64,000 nt of DNA from Nitrosopumilaceae archaeon (GTDB taxonomy: Archaea > Thermoproteota > Nitrososphaeria > Nitrososphaerales > Nitrosopumilaceae). The stretch is taken from the NCBI GenBank assembly GCA_965207375.1, contig OZ242274.1:1632001-1696000 (forward strand), written 5' to 3'. Positions 18,981 to 31,201 of this stretch are shown one piece after another. Position 1 is the stretch's first letter, and the number at the start of each line of letters is the position of its first letter. A model generated the notes under the pieces. That model worked only from the letters and a program-made list of their open reading frames with translations. It had not been told where the DNA came from and searched no databases. The translations under genes were made by a program, and so were the position numbers.

Positions 18981-20231
18981 TTGGTTGAGCTGTGGATGGA
19001 AATTGCATCCCTTGCAGTACTAATAGGATTATCCGGTTTTTTTAGCGGTCTAGAGGTGGCCCTAGTAGGTACAAGAAGCTCCAAGGTATCACAACTTGTA
19101 AGTGAAGGCAAAAAAGGTGCAAAGGCCCTGCACAAACTAAAGACAAATCCTAGCTGGATGATGGCAAGTGTAAATCTTGGCAATAATTTAGTAAATGTTG
19201 GAGCATCTGCACTAGCAACAAGTGTTGCAATCCGAATGTTTGGAGACGACGGACTAGGAATTGCAGTGGGCGTTATGACCTTTTTAATTCTGGTTTTTGG
19301 TGAGATTACTCCAAAAACATACTGTAACGCAAATGCCACAAAGATTGCACTAAAGTTTTCATCTGTACTGTTGGCATTTAGCTATGCGCTGTACCCTGTT
19401 GTAAAACTATTTGAGTACATCACAAGAGGTGTAGTAAAAATGACAGGAAGCAGCTATGTACCTCCTCCTATTACCGAAGAAGAGATCAAGGGAGTAATTG
19501 ATCAGGGACTAGCAGAAAAGGCACTAGAAAAAGAGGAAAGAGAGATGGTGCGCGGGGCATTAGAGTTTGATGATACAGTAATTCGCAGCGTCATGACTCC
19601 AAGAACCAAAATGTTTACCTTGCATGCCAAGACATTTTTGTTTGAGGCGCTGCCACAGATTAATCAAAACGGCCACTCGCGAATTCCAATTTATGGCTCA
19701 AGCAAGGACGACATTGTGGGGTTTATTCATGTAAGAGATGTCCTAAAGGAGCTAGAAAAAGAAAACAACATGGTAACATTAGAACAGATTTCAAGGGAGC
19801 CAATATTTGCATCACAAGAAAAGCTTGTCAGCGGATTGCTCAAAGAGATGAAAGGGCGCAAAACTCACATGGCAATTGTAATAGATGAGCACGGTGGAGT
19901 CGAAGGACTAGTCACACTAGAGGATCTTTTAGAAGAGATTGTAGGTGAAATCGAGGATGAAAGTGACAAAACAAGGCCAAAGGGATACAGAAGAGTCGAC
20001 AAAGACACCATAATCACAAACGGCGATATTGAAATCGATGAGATAAACAAAATCTTTCAGACATCTGTTCCAGAAGGCGACGATTATGCCACACTAAACG
20101 GCCTGTTACATGAAAGACTACAGGACATACCGCAGCAGGGCGACAAAATTGAGGTCGATTCGCTACGAATCATAGTAGAAAAGGTGACTAAAAACAGACC
20201 AGAAGAGATAAGAATCGAGAAAACAGGCTAG
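18981..20231 (+). CDS. CNNM/CBS/CorC-domain membrane protein (hemolysin family)
   Basis: SGFFSGLEVAL, FGEITPK, VMTPR, HSRIP, VIDEHGG, TLEDLLEEIVGEI. Confidence 0.93.
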   Translation: MVELWMEIASLAVLIGLSGFFSGLEVALVGTRSSKVSQLVSEGKKGAKALHKLKTNPSWMMASVNLGNNLVNVGASALATSVAIRMFGDDGLGIAVGVMTFLILVFGEITPKTYCNANATKIALKFSSVLLAFSYALYPVVKLFEYITRGVVKMTGSSYVPPPITEEEIKGVIDQGLAEKALEKEEREMVRGALEFDDTVIRSVMTPRTKMFTLHAKTFLFEALPQINQNGHSRIPIYGSSKDDIVGFIHVRDVLKELEKENNMVTLEQISREPIFASQEKLVSGLLKEMKGRKTHMAIVIDEHGGVEGLVTLEDLLEEIVGEIEDESDKTRPKGYRRVDKDTIITNGDIEIDEINKIFQTSVPEGDDYATLNGLLHERLQDIPQQGDKIEVDSLRIIVEKVTKNRPEEIRIEKTG

Positions 20232-21277
20232 CTTTGAGCAAAATGCTCTTGTAGTTTTTGCTTTTTTTCTGCCATGTGAAATATTGATTCAGTATGAGAA
20301 AATGCATCCTCATATGATTTTTCAAAAAGCATGGCCTGCATCAGCATGTGGTTTTCTGGAATTACAATTCCGGTCTGATCATCAGAATACATCATTTGTA
20401 TGGTATTGCCAATTGATCTAGTCATGTTGGCATGGATGTGAATCATGTTTGTGTCTTTAAATGCATAATCCATAGTATCTGCAAAATCTCTTACATCCTT
20501 TGTTCCTTTGGCAGTCCATAAAGTTGCCACGCCAAATTCGTTTTCAAAGGTATTGTGAATCTCTGATGGTTTTGGAGCCACGTCTTTGAATCGTACATCC
20601 ATGATGTGTAGATGCATCTGTCTGCTTGGAACCTTGATTGCCCTAACAAACAGAGGTGCATCTTTGCCAAAATATGTCTTGACATCATCGCCATGGTGGG
20701 GACTCTGAGTCATTTCTATGGTGTCAGGCATGTCTTTGTCTGTTTGTTCAATGTCTGCCCATCTGCGCACCAAGGTAACATCAAACCGAATCAAATCGTC
20801 TCCGAATCGCTCACGCAAAGGCTCTAAAATCCTGCCCATACCAGTAACATTGCAGCTTCCCTGCATAACGTGATGTTTGCCAAAGGCATCAGAATAATTG
20901 GCCCTAGAGTTAAACAATAAATCAGATACTGCAGTATTGCCCAAAATAGTCTCTCCACCCTGATAAATTGCCAAAAGATTTCTTGGCTCGTACATGTTCT
21001 TTTTATTATTGTATCCATGATTACTAGGGGATGCATCAATTACCAGATCAGCCTTGTCAAGGGCAGATTCTATAGTTCCTGCAACTTTATAGTTGTTAAA
21101 TTTTTCAATATTGTTTTGAGGAACATACACCAGCAGTCCTCTAGATGTAGCCTCTAAGACCTTATCATCAGGCGAGTATTTGCCTACGCCGACTAGCTCG
21201 ATTTGTGGATCGTCTTGTATAAAGGATGCAATCCTGCTTCCAATTGAACCATAACCGTTAACAAAGATCTTTTTCAT
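20228..21277 (-). CDS. gap: Type II (archaeal) glyceraldehyde-3-phosphate dehydrogenase
   Basis: NGYGSIG, QGGE, SCN catalytic motif, RRWAD, IVIPEN. Confidence 0.9.
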   Translation of the reverse strand: MKKIFVNGYGSIGSRIASFIQDDPQIELVGVGKYSPDDKVLEATSRGLLVYVPQNNIEKFNNYKVAGTIESALDKADLVIDASPSNHGYNNKKNMYEPRNLLAIYQGGETILGNTAVSDLLFNSRANYSDAFGKHHVMQGSCNVTGMGRILEPLRERFGDDLIRFDVTLVRRWADIEQTDKDMPDTIEMTQSPHHGDDVKTYFGKDAPLFVRAIKVPSRQMHLHIMDVRFKDVAPKPSEIHNTFENEFGVATLWTAKGTKDVRDFADTMDYAFKDTNMIHIHANMTRSIGNTIQMMYSDDQTGIVIPENHMLMQAMLFEKSYEDAFSHTESIFHMAEKKQKLQEHFAQS

Positions 21278-21569
21278 GTATATCGTGCAATTTATCGGGC
21301 TTTTTTAGTTATTGATGTGTATGTGTTTTTTGATTTACAGCCAACCCACAAAAACACAAAAACCCCCTACAAATCACATTCTATCAATTACCATCAAATT
21401 GATTATATAGTATTGCTGATGTGTCATAACCCAGTATCCTTGTAACAAGATGCGTACTTGATTTTGACTGGTATATTTCCAACCATACCAAGATATTGGT
21501 ATATCATGTTTATTGAAGATCGGCTTTTTTGGATAATACTAATCATATAGTACGGAACTAAATAATTTA

Positions 21570-22253
21570 ATGGAATTAAAAGAGGCACTTGAGAAATTTA
21601 AATCACACGGAATAAACACAGATGAGAACATAATACGCTACATACTTGATAACAAGGAGGAATTGTTTGTGCCTCTGGCAAAGATTGCAACATCTTTAGA
21701 ACAATGGCGTGACCTTGATGATTCAACATATATCCCAATATGTGCAATACATCTTTTGTCCACGATGGGACACTATCGGGCACATCTGGCAACAATTTCA
21801 GCAACGATAGAATATTTTGAATGTGCAGGTGACTGGCTGACAGAATATGCAGTATCTGTACTGGCACATATGGGAGTTGATGCTATATGGATGCTGTCTG
21901 CTATTGTACAAAACAACAACATGGACCAGTTTATACGAGATACTGCAGCACGTGCACTAGTTATGATTGCTATTGAGCACAAAGAGGTAAAATCAGACGT
22001 AATAACTACAATACAAAAGGCAATACAAAACGAAACTAATTCTATGATAAGAGCAGTGATTGTAAGTAGTCTGTTGGATCTAAAGGATCCTGACCTGTAC
22101 GAGTATCTAAAAAATTTGTTAAAAACAGGTTTTATTTCTAATACTTTTTTTGACATAAATGATCTTGACAGAATCTATGCAAACAAGGATCGCCACATAG
22201 GCCCACCTAGAAGGAATCCTCTAGACGTTTTTACATATAGATCAAGTAGATAA
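21570..22253 (+). CDS. HEAT-like helical protein, DUF1186-like
   Basis: AIHLL...GDWLTE...FIRDTAARAL pattern. Confidence 0.55.
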   Translation: MELKEALEKFKSHGINTDENIIRYILDNKEELFVPLAKIATSLEQWRDLDDSTYIPICAIHLLSTMGHYRAHLATISATIEYFECAGDWLTEYAVSVLAHMGVDAIWMLSAIVQNNNMDQFIRDTAARALVMIAIEHKEVKSDVITTIQKAIQNETNSMIRAVIVSSLLDLKDPDLYEYLKNLLKTGFISNTFFDINDLDRIYANKDRHIGPPRRNPLDVFTYRSSR

Positions 22254-22475
22254 TTATTACATGACAAACGAATCGTAGATTTTAGAAAATAATGTTTTTA
22301 ATTCAAAATTCGATTATGCATAAGGCTATTAAATCAAATGATATTGAGAATGTGGTTGTAGATATTGCACGTGTAGAATTTATACGAGAAAAAGAAGCTG
22401 CAATTACGGAGAGTTTGAGATGGTAGTTATCGAGATTTTGTTTACATTTTCAAATCTAGAATCGTTTGATATTAG

Positions 22476-23060
22476 GTGAGGTCAATAATGCTTGTTGGGG
22501 GAATGGATTTTTCAGGAAATAATGATTCCTATGACAAGTTTATCGCAATTGTGATTGGAACAGACAAGAGTATATCTACAATTTTTGATTCTATTGGATA
22601 TGAACACATCCACATGAGAAAGATACATCCCAAGGAAAAAGATGCAATAGTGTCAAGATTAAAGTTTGACGGCAAGAACAACATTGCGTTTTGTATCAGA
22701 GTTGACAGAAATATCATTACAAACCAAATTAGAAATCTGAGACGTATTAAGAAAAAAAATATCCCAAACGAAAAATTTTTTCGTGCATATAATTTAGCCG
22801 TGTCACGGCACATTGTAGAAAGACTTCAAAGGTTTACACTAGATCATGGTCAAAGATTAGAAGATGTGATCTTTCAATGTGATAGTGATTGTATAAGATT
22901 TGCAAAGGATGTTAATCTGAAATATTCTTACAAGGGTCAAGCATATGATTTATCCGATGTTGTTGCATGGTGTAATAATCGCGGATTGGAGCCAAATGGA
23001 GCAGTCGCATTAGATTTTAGTGATAGTATCAAGTCCATACTGTTACATGATTTTAAATGA
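22476..23060 (+). CDS. DUF3800-like protein (predicted RNase H-like fold)
   Basis: N-terminal MDFSG (cf. DESG), mid-protein HMRK, C-terminal DLSDVVAW (cf. QLADxxA). Confidence 0.55.
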   Translation: MRSIMLVGGMDFSGNNDSYDKFIAIVIGTDKSISTIFDSIGYEHIHMRKIHPKEKDAIVSRLKFDGKNNIAFCIRVDRNIITNQIRNLRRIKKKNIPNEKFFRAYNLAVSRHIVERLQRFTLDHGQRLEDVIFQCDSDCIRFAKDVNLKYSYKGQAYDLSDVVAWCNNRGLEPNGAVALDFSDSIKSILLHDFK

Positions 23061-23130
23061 AAAACGCCTATACCCACATGAGCCTTAGTCACCAGCAAAT
23101 TGCTCGCACTAAGGATTCAAGTATAGACAA
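23061..23130 (-). ncRNA. Putative structured ncRNA convergent with the DUF3800-like gene
   Basis: Minus strand has nested stems GTCTATAC/GTATAGGC, TGAATCCTTAGT/ACTAAGGCTCA, AGCA/TGCT, then a T-run; TATA TTTTTATAA at 23157-23149. Confidence 0.65.
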
Positions 23131-23174
23131 TTACAGTATAACAAAGTATTATAAAAATAGTAAGTATTAACTTA

Positions 23175-23265
23175 AGTACAAACTCAGGTCGTAAATTTTA
23201 ACCACAAAATTTTCATCTATGTTCAAAAACTAGGTATAGAATCAGAGATGGCTTGAGTATGTGCT
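23175..23265. mobile_element. MITE family A, copy 1
   Basis: Similar to 30976-31069; imperfect TIR GTACAAACTCAGGTCG. Confidence 0.7.
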
Positions 23266-23299
23266 AACTTAACACTGCTAGTTTTACTTGTTATGATAA

Positions 23300-23443
23300 T
23301 GGTGAGGACCCCGCTAGAAGGAGACCGATCATCAATGCACACTTTAGCAATAGGAGGCAATACAAAATATGAAAGACAAAAAATCAAAATAGAGCACAGA
23401 TGAGAAGGTACGTATCGTACTGCAGACCTTTAATTCAGAGACC
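23300..23443 (+). pseudogene. Truncated left end of the IS3-like element also at 45858
   Basis: Near-identical to 45858-46001; TGG>TAG stop in orfA. Confidence 0.85.
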
Positions 23444-23450
23444 GAGATTT

Positions 23451-23515
23451 GATTCGTAATTAGATCTAGGTATGAATTTTTGCTCCTGTGAGGCATGGTT
23501 TTCTAATTACAAATC
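23451..23515. mobile_element. MITE family B, copy 1
   Basis: TIR GATTCGTAATTAGA; reverse-complement homolog at 43754-43818. Confidence 0.7.
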
Positions 23516-23866
23516 ATCTCTTTGGACTACCATGTGTCGTGTTTCATACACGTTTCGCAGCAGATTCCGCATCACAGACGAGTTAACGGCACATCTAGTT
23601 GCCTTTTTGGAGAATTAAGGTAGATGATCTAGATAGAACCTATGCAGAAAAAAAATTCCACAAGTACGCCATAGATTATCTTCTGAATATTTTACACATA
23701 GATCAAATAGATAGTCATGACAGATGAGCCGCATGTTTAAGAAATGAACTAGATCTTACGGTTCAGAAAAAAGATAACACGACAAGTGATGCAACAGTAC
23801 AAATCACAGTAACGGTACAATTCACATTTACAAAAGGCTAAATGTGTACAAAATTTAGCAAAACCG

Positions 23867-24562
23867 TTGATTCATGGACCTTCACTAGGATTAGGTGCAA
23901 TAATTACGGCAATAGCAATAATTTCATCGTTTTTGATCTTTGATGCAACCAATACCGAACAAGAATTGCAGATACAGCCTGCACCAGTAATAGATGAACC
24001 AGAAATTTCAAAAACAGTTTTCTTAGATAACGGCTCACCCATACTAGGTAACCCAGATGCCCCCATAACACTAGTTGAATTTGGCGATTATCAGTGTCAT
24101 TTTTGTAACGTATTTTTTCATGATACAAAACATGACATTGTACAAAATTACATAAACACAGGCAAGGTCAAGATGATTTTCAAGGACTTTACAATAATTG
24201 GACCAGATTCTATCAATGCTGCACATGCTGCCCATTGTGCAAATGATCAGGGAAAATTCTGGCAGTACCATGATGAGCTGTACAATAACTGGGCAGGAGA
24301 AAATAACGGATGGGCAAGCTCACAAAACCTGCTAAAGTTTGCTCAAAGTGTAAAACTTGACACAGGCAAGTTTACAAATTGCATGTTGGCAGCATCACAT
24401 TCAGGTATAATTGAAAACAGCAACTCTGATGCAAGAGCGCTAGAACTTACCGGTACACCAGGATTTTTTGTTATAGGTCCAAATAATGACATTACAAAGA
24501 TTGGCGGAGCACAGCCGTATGGCGTGTTTGAAAGAATCTTTGATTCTGAGCTGGAAAAATGA
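23867..24562 (+). CDS. DsbA-family thiol-disulfide oxidoreductase
   Basis: EFGDYQCHFC, GTP, GAQP; N-terminal TM. Confidence 0.92.
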   Translation: MIHGPSLGLGAIITAIAIISSFLIFDATNTEQELQIQPAPVIDEPEISKTVFLDNGSPILGNPDAPITLVEFGDYQCHFCNVFFHDTKHDIVQNYINTGKVKMIFKDFTIIGPDSINAAHAAHCANDQGKFWQYHDELYNNWAGENNGWASSQNLLKFAQSVKLDTGKFTNCMLAASHSGIIENSNSDARALELTGTPGFFVIGPNNDITKIGGAQPYGVFERIFDSELEK

Positions 24563-24671
24563 AATATTTATACACAATACTGCGAAAATAGAACTAAAAA
24601 CTGCAAAATTTGATTAAAACACAAGATACTAGTAGCTCGATATCCTTTTATCTTAATTAACGGATGCTAGC

Positions 24672-26061
24672 TTGATGGCAGCTGGAATTGATGATATTGC
24701 ACTGTATGTTCCAAAATTATACCTAGATGCGACTGATTTTGCCCAGGGCAGAGGTCTTGACCCATCCAAACTCCAAAAAGGATTAGGAGTATCACAGATG
24801 GCAATAGTTGATACAAACCAGGATCCTGCATGTTTGGCAGCAAATGCATGCCTAAAAGTAATGCAAAACAACAAACTATCTCCAGAAGATATAGGAAGAC
24901 TGTACGTCTCAACAGAGTCCGCCTTTGATGAATCAAAGGCAATGAACTCGTTTGTGATTGGCATGCTAGAGCAAATTTACGGGCAGGGCACATTTGAGCA
25001 CTGTGGAGGAGTTGAAACAAAGTTTGCCTGCGTTAGCGGCTCTTATGCATTATACGATAATACAAACTGGATTAGGGCAGGAGAGGCAGAGGGAAAGGCA
25101 GCCCTTGTAGTGGTCTCAGATATTGCAAAATACGACATGGGCTCAAGTGGCGAGATGACTCAGGGCGCAGGCGCAATTGCAATGCTGCTAAATGATGAAC
25201 CAAGACTCTTGGAATTTGATCCAAGGGTTACTGCCACATCTATCAAAGATGAATATGATTTTTACAGACCCTTTGGAAAGGAGACACCTATTGTACATGG
25301 TCAATATTCCAATCTATTGTATTTGATTCAGGTTAGAAAAGCACTAGATGCATACAAGAAAAAGGCACTAGACAGCAAACTAATCGAATTAAAACCAGGA
25401 GAGACAATACTGGATCATATAGATTACATCAACATGCACCTACCTTATAGCAACATGGGCAAAAAAGCATTGGCATATCTAGTAAGACATGAATGGAGAA
25501 GGCTGCCGCGATGGAGTGCCCTTGTTGAAAAGATTGGCGTAAAAGAGCCTGTTCCAAAGGATCCACGAGGGACAGTTGAATCGGTTCTACAAGATACAGA
25601 ATTTATGGCAAAGGATCATGAATTTACAAAGCGATTCACACAGACAGAAGAGTATCAACAAATTTACGAGTCAAAGCTTGCAAGCTCACTTGTTGCATCT
25701 AAAATGATTGGCAATCTGTACACTGCATCACTGTATCTTGGGTTCAGAAGTAGCCTAGAGTTTGAATACCAAAAGGGAATAGATTTGACTGGAAAAAGAA
25801 TCGGATTTGGCTCGTACGGCAGCGGCAGCAGTGCAATGGCCTTTAGTGGAGTCATTCAGCCAAGATATGAAGATGTTGTAAAGAACATGAATCTAGAGAC
25901 CGAAATCGGCCCGAGAAAAAAATTAAGTCTAGAGCAGTACGAAGATATTCATGAAAACAAGCTTACGCCAGAACAGTCACTGTTAGACTCTAGCCACGAA
26001 TTTGTCTTAATTGATGTAAAGACTGCTCCAGATTCTCGAGGGGAGCGCAGATACAGATTCA

Positions 26062-26069
<8 letters not shown>
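24672..26069 (+). CDS. Hydroxymethylglutaryl-CoA synthase
   Basis: GIDDI, STES, KFAC, GEMTQGAGA, HLPY, GNLYTASL, SYGSG. Confidence 0.92.
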
Positions 26070-27296
<1,227 letters not shown>

Positions 27297-27367
27297 CTAC
27301 TGCTTTGTGGAATTATTCATTAATCTTTTCCGCTTGGTTATTAAGAAAAGAAATCATAAAGACTGCA

Positions 27368-28684
27368 ATGACAAAAAGTGCCGTCTGGCATCCAAATACA
27401 CAGATGAGAGAATGGTCAAGCTTTGATAAAATCACACATGCAAAAGGAATGTGGCTGATTGATTCAAAGGGCCATAAAATGCTAGACGGTGTTGCATCTA
27501 TGTGGTGTAATGTGTGGGGTCATTCAAACCAAGACATGATAAGGGCAATTAATCAGCAGACGGCAAAATTGCAGCATTGTTCAATGTTTAATCTGACAAA
27601 TGAGCCTGCAGAAATTCTTGCAAAAAAGCTAGTTGCGCTTTGCCCCTCAATGTATCGTGTGTTTTTTTCAGATAATGGGTCTTCTGCAATGGAGATTGCA
27701 GTAAAAATTGCATTTCAATACTGGAAAAATATAAGAGATTCAAAAAAGACAAAGATTGCATCTCTTAAAAACGGATACCACGGAGATACATTTGGTTCAA
27801 TGTCGGTAGGATACGTGCCTGAATTTTTTAAAAAATTCAAGGCGCAGCTGTTTGACACAATACAATTTCCCACCCCAAACAGATACAGGCTTTCAAGAGG
27901 CACAACCTTGCAGGACTGTGAGAATACATGTCTAGAAAAAATCGAAAAAACATTTTCAAAAGATGACAAAATTGCAGCATTTGTCATGGAAAGTGGCGCG
28001 CAGCTTGCAGGCGGCGTAATTATCTTTCCAAAGGGATTCCAGTCAAAAATTCAAAAACTGTGTAAAAAATACGGCGTACTATTTGTTTTAGACGAGGTTG
28101 CCACAGGATTTGGGAGGCTTGGATCAATGATACAATACACTGAACAAAAAAGCAATCCCGACATTGTCGCATATGGAAAAATGCTTACAGGAGGATATGT
28201 CACAATGGCAGCTACTCTTGCAACAAAAAAGGTTTATGACTCGTTTTTAGGAGAGTTTGATGACAGGGTGCACCTGTTTCACGGACATACATATACTGGA
28301 AATCCAATTGCAGCAGCAGCAGCCGTGCAAAACCTGAAACTGTACGAAAAACACAAATTGATTCAAAAAATAGCAAAGACATCTAGGGTTTTTACAAAAT
28401 ATATCAATGAAATATCAGAATTAGACTCTGTAGGAGATATCAGGTACAAAGGAATGCTTGCAGGAATTGAGCTAGTATCTGACAAGTCTAAAAAAACCCC
28501 GGTAAAATATTCAAAATCAATAAACAAGATATTTTTTGAAAAGGCAAGGCAAAACGGTGTATATCTTAGAACACTTGGAAATATTATAATGATTGTGCCT
28601 CCATTGGCAATATCAGAAAAAGAACTATCAATACTAGTACAGAGAACCATAAAGACTATCTGCGACGTGCAAAAGATGAGCTAA
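27368..28684 (+). CDS. bioA: Adenosylmethionine-8-amino-7-oxononanoate aminotransferase
   Basis: VWHPNTQM, SDNGS, YHGDT, DEVATGFGR, HGHTY; start chosen at MTKSAVWHP. Confidence 0.95.
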   Translation: MTKSAVWHPNTQMREWSSFDKITHAKGMWLIDSKGHKMLDGVASMWCNVWGHSNQDMIRAINQQTAKLQHCSMFNLTNEPAEILAKKLVALCPSMYRVFFSDNGSSAMEIAVKIAFQYWKNIRDSKKTKIASLKNGYHGDTFGSMSVGYVPEFFKKFKAQLFDTIQFPTPNRYRLSRGTTLQDCENTCLEKIEKTFSKDDKIAAFVMESGAQLAGGVIIFPKGFQSKIQKLCKKYGVLFVLDEVATGFGRLGSMIQYTEQKSNPDIVAYGKMLTGGYVTMAATLATKKVYDSFLGEFDDRVHLFHGHTYTGNPIAAAAAVQNLKLYEKHKLIQKIAKTSRVFTKYINEISELDSVGDIRYKGMLAGIELVSDKSKKTPVKYSKSINKIFFEKARQNGVYLRTLGNIIMIVPPLAISEKELSILVQRTIKTICDVQKMS

Positions 28685-28743
28685 CCCCATATCATACAAT
28701 AGGTTAACAATTAATTACAACTATATCATCAAAAAACACAAGA

Positions 28744-29721
28744 ATGAATGAGCAAGAGTTTATTGTACAGTGTAAAGAAAACGTCCTGTCAGGTGTAGGT
28801 GTTTCATCTGAAGATCTTAAAAGACTAGTCAACGTATCAGATGATAATCTAAAATTACTGGCAGAATCTGCAAATGAAATTACCAAAGAATTTAACGGTC
28901 CAAAGGTAGACATAGAACAGCTGCATAATATAAAAAAAAATGCATGCAGTGAAGACTGTACGTTTTGTGGACAGTCTGCATTTTTTGACACACCGGTAGA
29001 TACGTATCAGCTGCCCCCTACAGAACAAATCATAACTGCAGCAAAGACTGCAAAACAGCAGGGAGCAGAGTCATACTGTTTAGTAGCTGCATGGAGACAG
29101 CCATCTCCAAAAGATTTTGATACAGTTTGTAGCATACTAGAGAAGATAAACTCTCAGGTCGGCATATCCATAGAATGTAGCCTTGGGTTTTTGACTGACA
29201 TACAGGCATCACGTCTGAAAACACTTGGGGTCAAAAGATACAATCACAATCTAGAAACATCAAAGTCAAAATTTCCAGATATCTGCACTACTCATACTTA
29301 TCAAGATAGGCTAGATACACTAATGATTGCAAGAAATGCAGGACTTGAGCTTTGTACGGGAGGAATAATTGGAATGGGAGAAACACGCAACCAAAGATTA
29401 GAATTGGCACAAGAGCTTGCAACACTAAGACCTGAAGAGGTTACAATCAACATCCTAGTACCTGTACCCGGAACACCATTGGAATTACAAACCCGACTGC
29501 CAAATCAAGAGATAGTTAGAATGTTTGCCATAGTCAGATTTGCGTTGCCTGAATCAATAATTAAAATCTCAGGGGGCCGCGAAACCAATACTGAGGATTC
29601 TGGAATGGAGTTGCTGCAAAGCGGTGCAAACGGCATAATTACTGCAGGATACCTTACAATGAGTGGAAATGACGCACAAAAGGACAAAAAACTGATTCAG
29701 AGTATTGGACTAGAAATCTAA
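28744..29721 (+). CDS. bioB: Biotin synthase
   Basis: CSEDCTFCGQS radical SAM motif, YNHNLET, CTGGIIGMGE. Confidence 0.96.
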   Translation: MNEQEFIVQCKENVLSGVGVSSEDLKRLVNVSDDNLKLLAESANEITKEFNGPKVDIEQLHNIKKNACSEDCTFCGQSAFFDTPVDTYQLPPTEQIITAAKTAKQQGAESYCLVAAWRQPSPKDFDTVCSILEKINSQVGISIECSLGFLTDIQASRLKTLGVKRYNHNLETSKSKFPDICTTHTYQDRLDTLMIARNAGLELCTGGIIGMGETRNQRLELAQELATLRPEEVTINILVPVPGTPLELQTRLPNQEIVRMFAIVRFALPESIIKISGGRETNTEDSGMELLQSGANGIITAGYLTMSGNDAQKDKKLIQSIGLEI

Positions 29722-30030
29722 CATTTTTGTACAAAATATCACGCATGATACACTAGTATCCTTTTGTCTGCTTAATCTTGCTGTCATACTGTAACTATTA
29801 GAATCTGCTCAAATGGTACATGTTCATGTAGTGTAATGGATTTGTATCTAAAATGATGACCTGATGATTGAAAAATTAAGCATGTGTTAACAAGTACCTC
29901 AAATGTAAAAGGCTAGGTCTGGCGTGACGAATTTACGTGAATTGATCCTAGAATTAGATATGCAGTGAATCTAATCTCTTGCAAAGACACGTGTTCAAAC
30001 TAGATATAATAAAATATTGTACTTTAAGTA

Positions 30031-30505
30031 ATGTCAAAAAACAGAGATGACGAAATAATTAACTTGGGACTTGTCCTGAGAAACTTGGATAATTTTGACA
30101 TGTCTACATTTGATGGTAGATTGACATTACAAAAAACGGTTTACCTAATGCAGGCCTTGAATTTATCTTGGGCATAATTTCTCATGGTATATACGAGGAC
30201 CATATTCTTCACATTTGGCAAGTGTGGGTTTTGCATTGCAGGAAATTTATCATAAAATACCAATTGCAGGACATTTTGATAAGAAAACTCAGCAAAAATT
30301 TAATGGTTTTATTGAATTTATGGAAGATAAAAAAATGGATCCGGACAGACTTGAAATACTTGCATCCATCCATTTTCTTAGAAAGATATATCCAAAGATG
30401 ACAAAGGGTCAAATAATAGAAAAAGTAAAGAGTAAACAAAAGTATTTTACAAAAAAACAATGCGAACAAGCATGGCAGGAGCTCAAAGGGAGGTCTATGA
30501 TTTAA
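30031..30505 (+). pseudogene. Frameshifted YwgA/SocA(Panacea)-like antitoxin-type protein
   Basis: RLTLQKTVYL then, after a frameshift near 30158, IYLGHNFSWYIRGPYS...LEILASIHF. Confidence 0.6.
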
Positions 30506-30506
30506 C

Positions 30507-30827
30507 ATGTCATTAAAAAGCAAAGAAACAGTTTTTCCTCAGAAAAAAATAACAAAAAACTTTCCTGAAGACTTTTCTGCAATATGTAAAAATTTAGATT
30601 TACTAGATGCAGGATTGTTTTTCATGTTGGCTGATGCCACATGCTCTGCCAAACCTACTGCAAATATTGAAAAGATTCACGTAGATGTGTTCAAAAAAGA
30701 GAAAATAGTTATTCCTAAAATTTCTGCAGGTAAAAAAGAGACACTAGAAATTCTAAACGATGTCAAATTAATCAGAGAGTTGACATTAAGCCGCAAAGAA
30801 ATTCAAAAGGGCAATACAATACCATAG
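30507..30827 (+). CDS. Hypothetical protein
   Basis: 106 aa ORF directly downstream of the pseudogene. Confidence 0.55.
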   Translation: MSLKSKETVFPQKKITKNFPEDFSAICKNLDLLDAGLFFMLADATCSAKPTANIEKIHVDVFKKEKIVIPKISAGKKETLEILNDVKLIRELTLSRKEIQKGNTIP

Positions 30828-30975
30828 AAGAAGGTTCGGATTCCCGTATAAACACAATAATACTATCATCGTGCTGCGAAAAATCCTATAAAAAAACTAG
30901 CAAAAAAGGCAGATCCCAAGCTCCTCAAAGCAATTAACATGTACATTGATCAGTTGGTACAATATTAGGCCCTCC

Positions 30976-31069
30976 AGTACAAACTCAGGTCGTAAATTTT
31001 TCAGGCATAAATTTTTCATGTATGTTCAAAAAGTAGGCATAGAATCAAAGGCGACCTGAGTATGTGCCT
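30976..31069. mobile_element. MITE family A, copy 2
   Basis: GTACAAACTCAGGTCG...CGACCTGAGTATGTGC imperfect TIR. Confidence 0.7.
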
Positions 31070-31201
31070 ATAACTGTTAGTTTCATGACCTCACCAAAAT
31101 TTGTAATTTCCTCTTTATAGGTTATATAAGAATATATTTTGATTTACGGCATGCTTGCCAAAATAATAATACTTATATTCATTTTTTCCAACAGATCGTC
31201 C

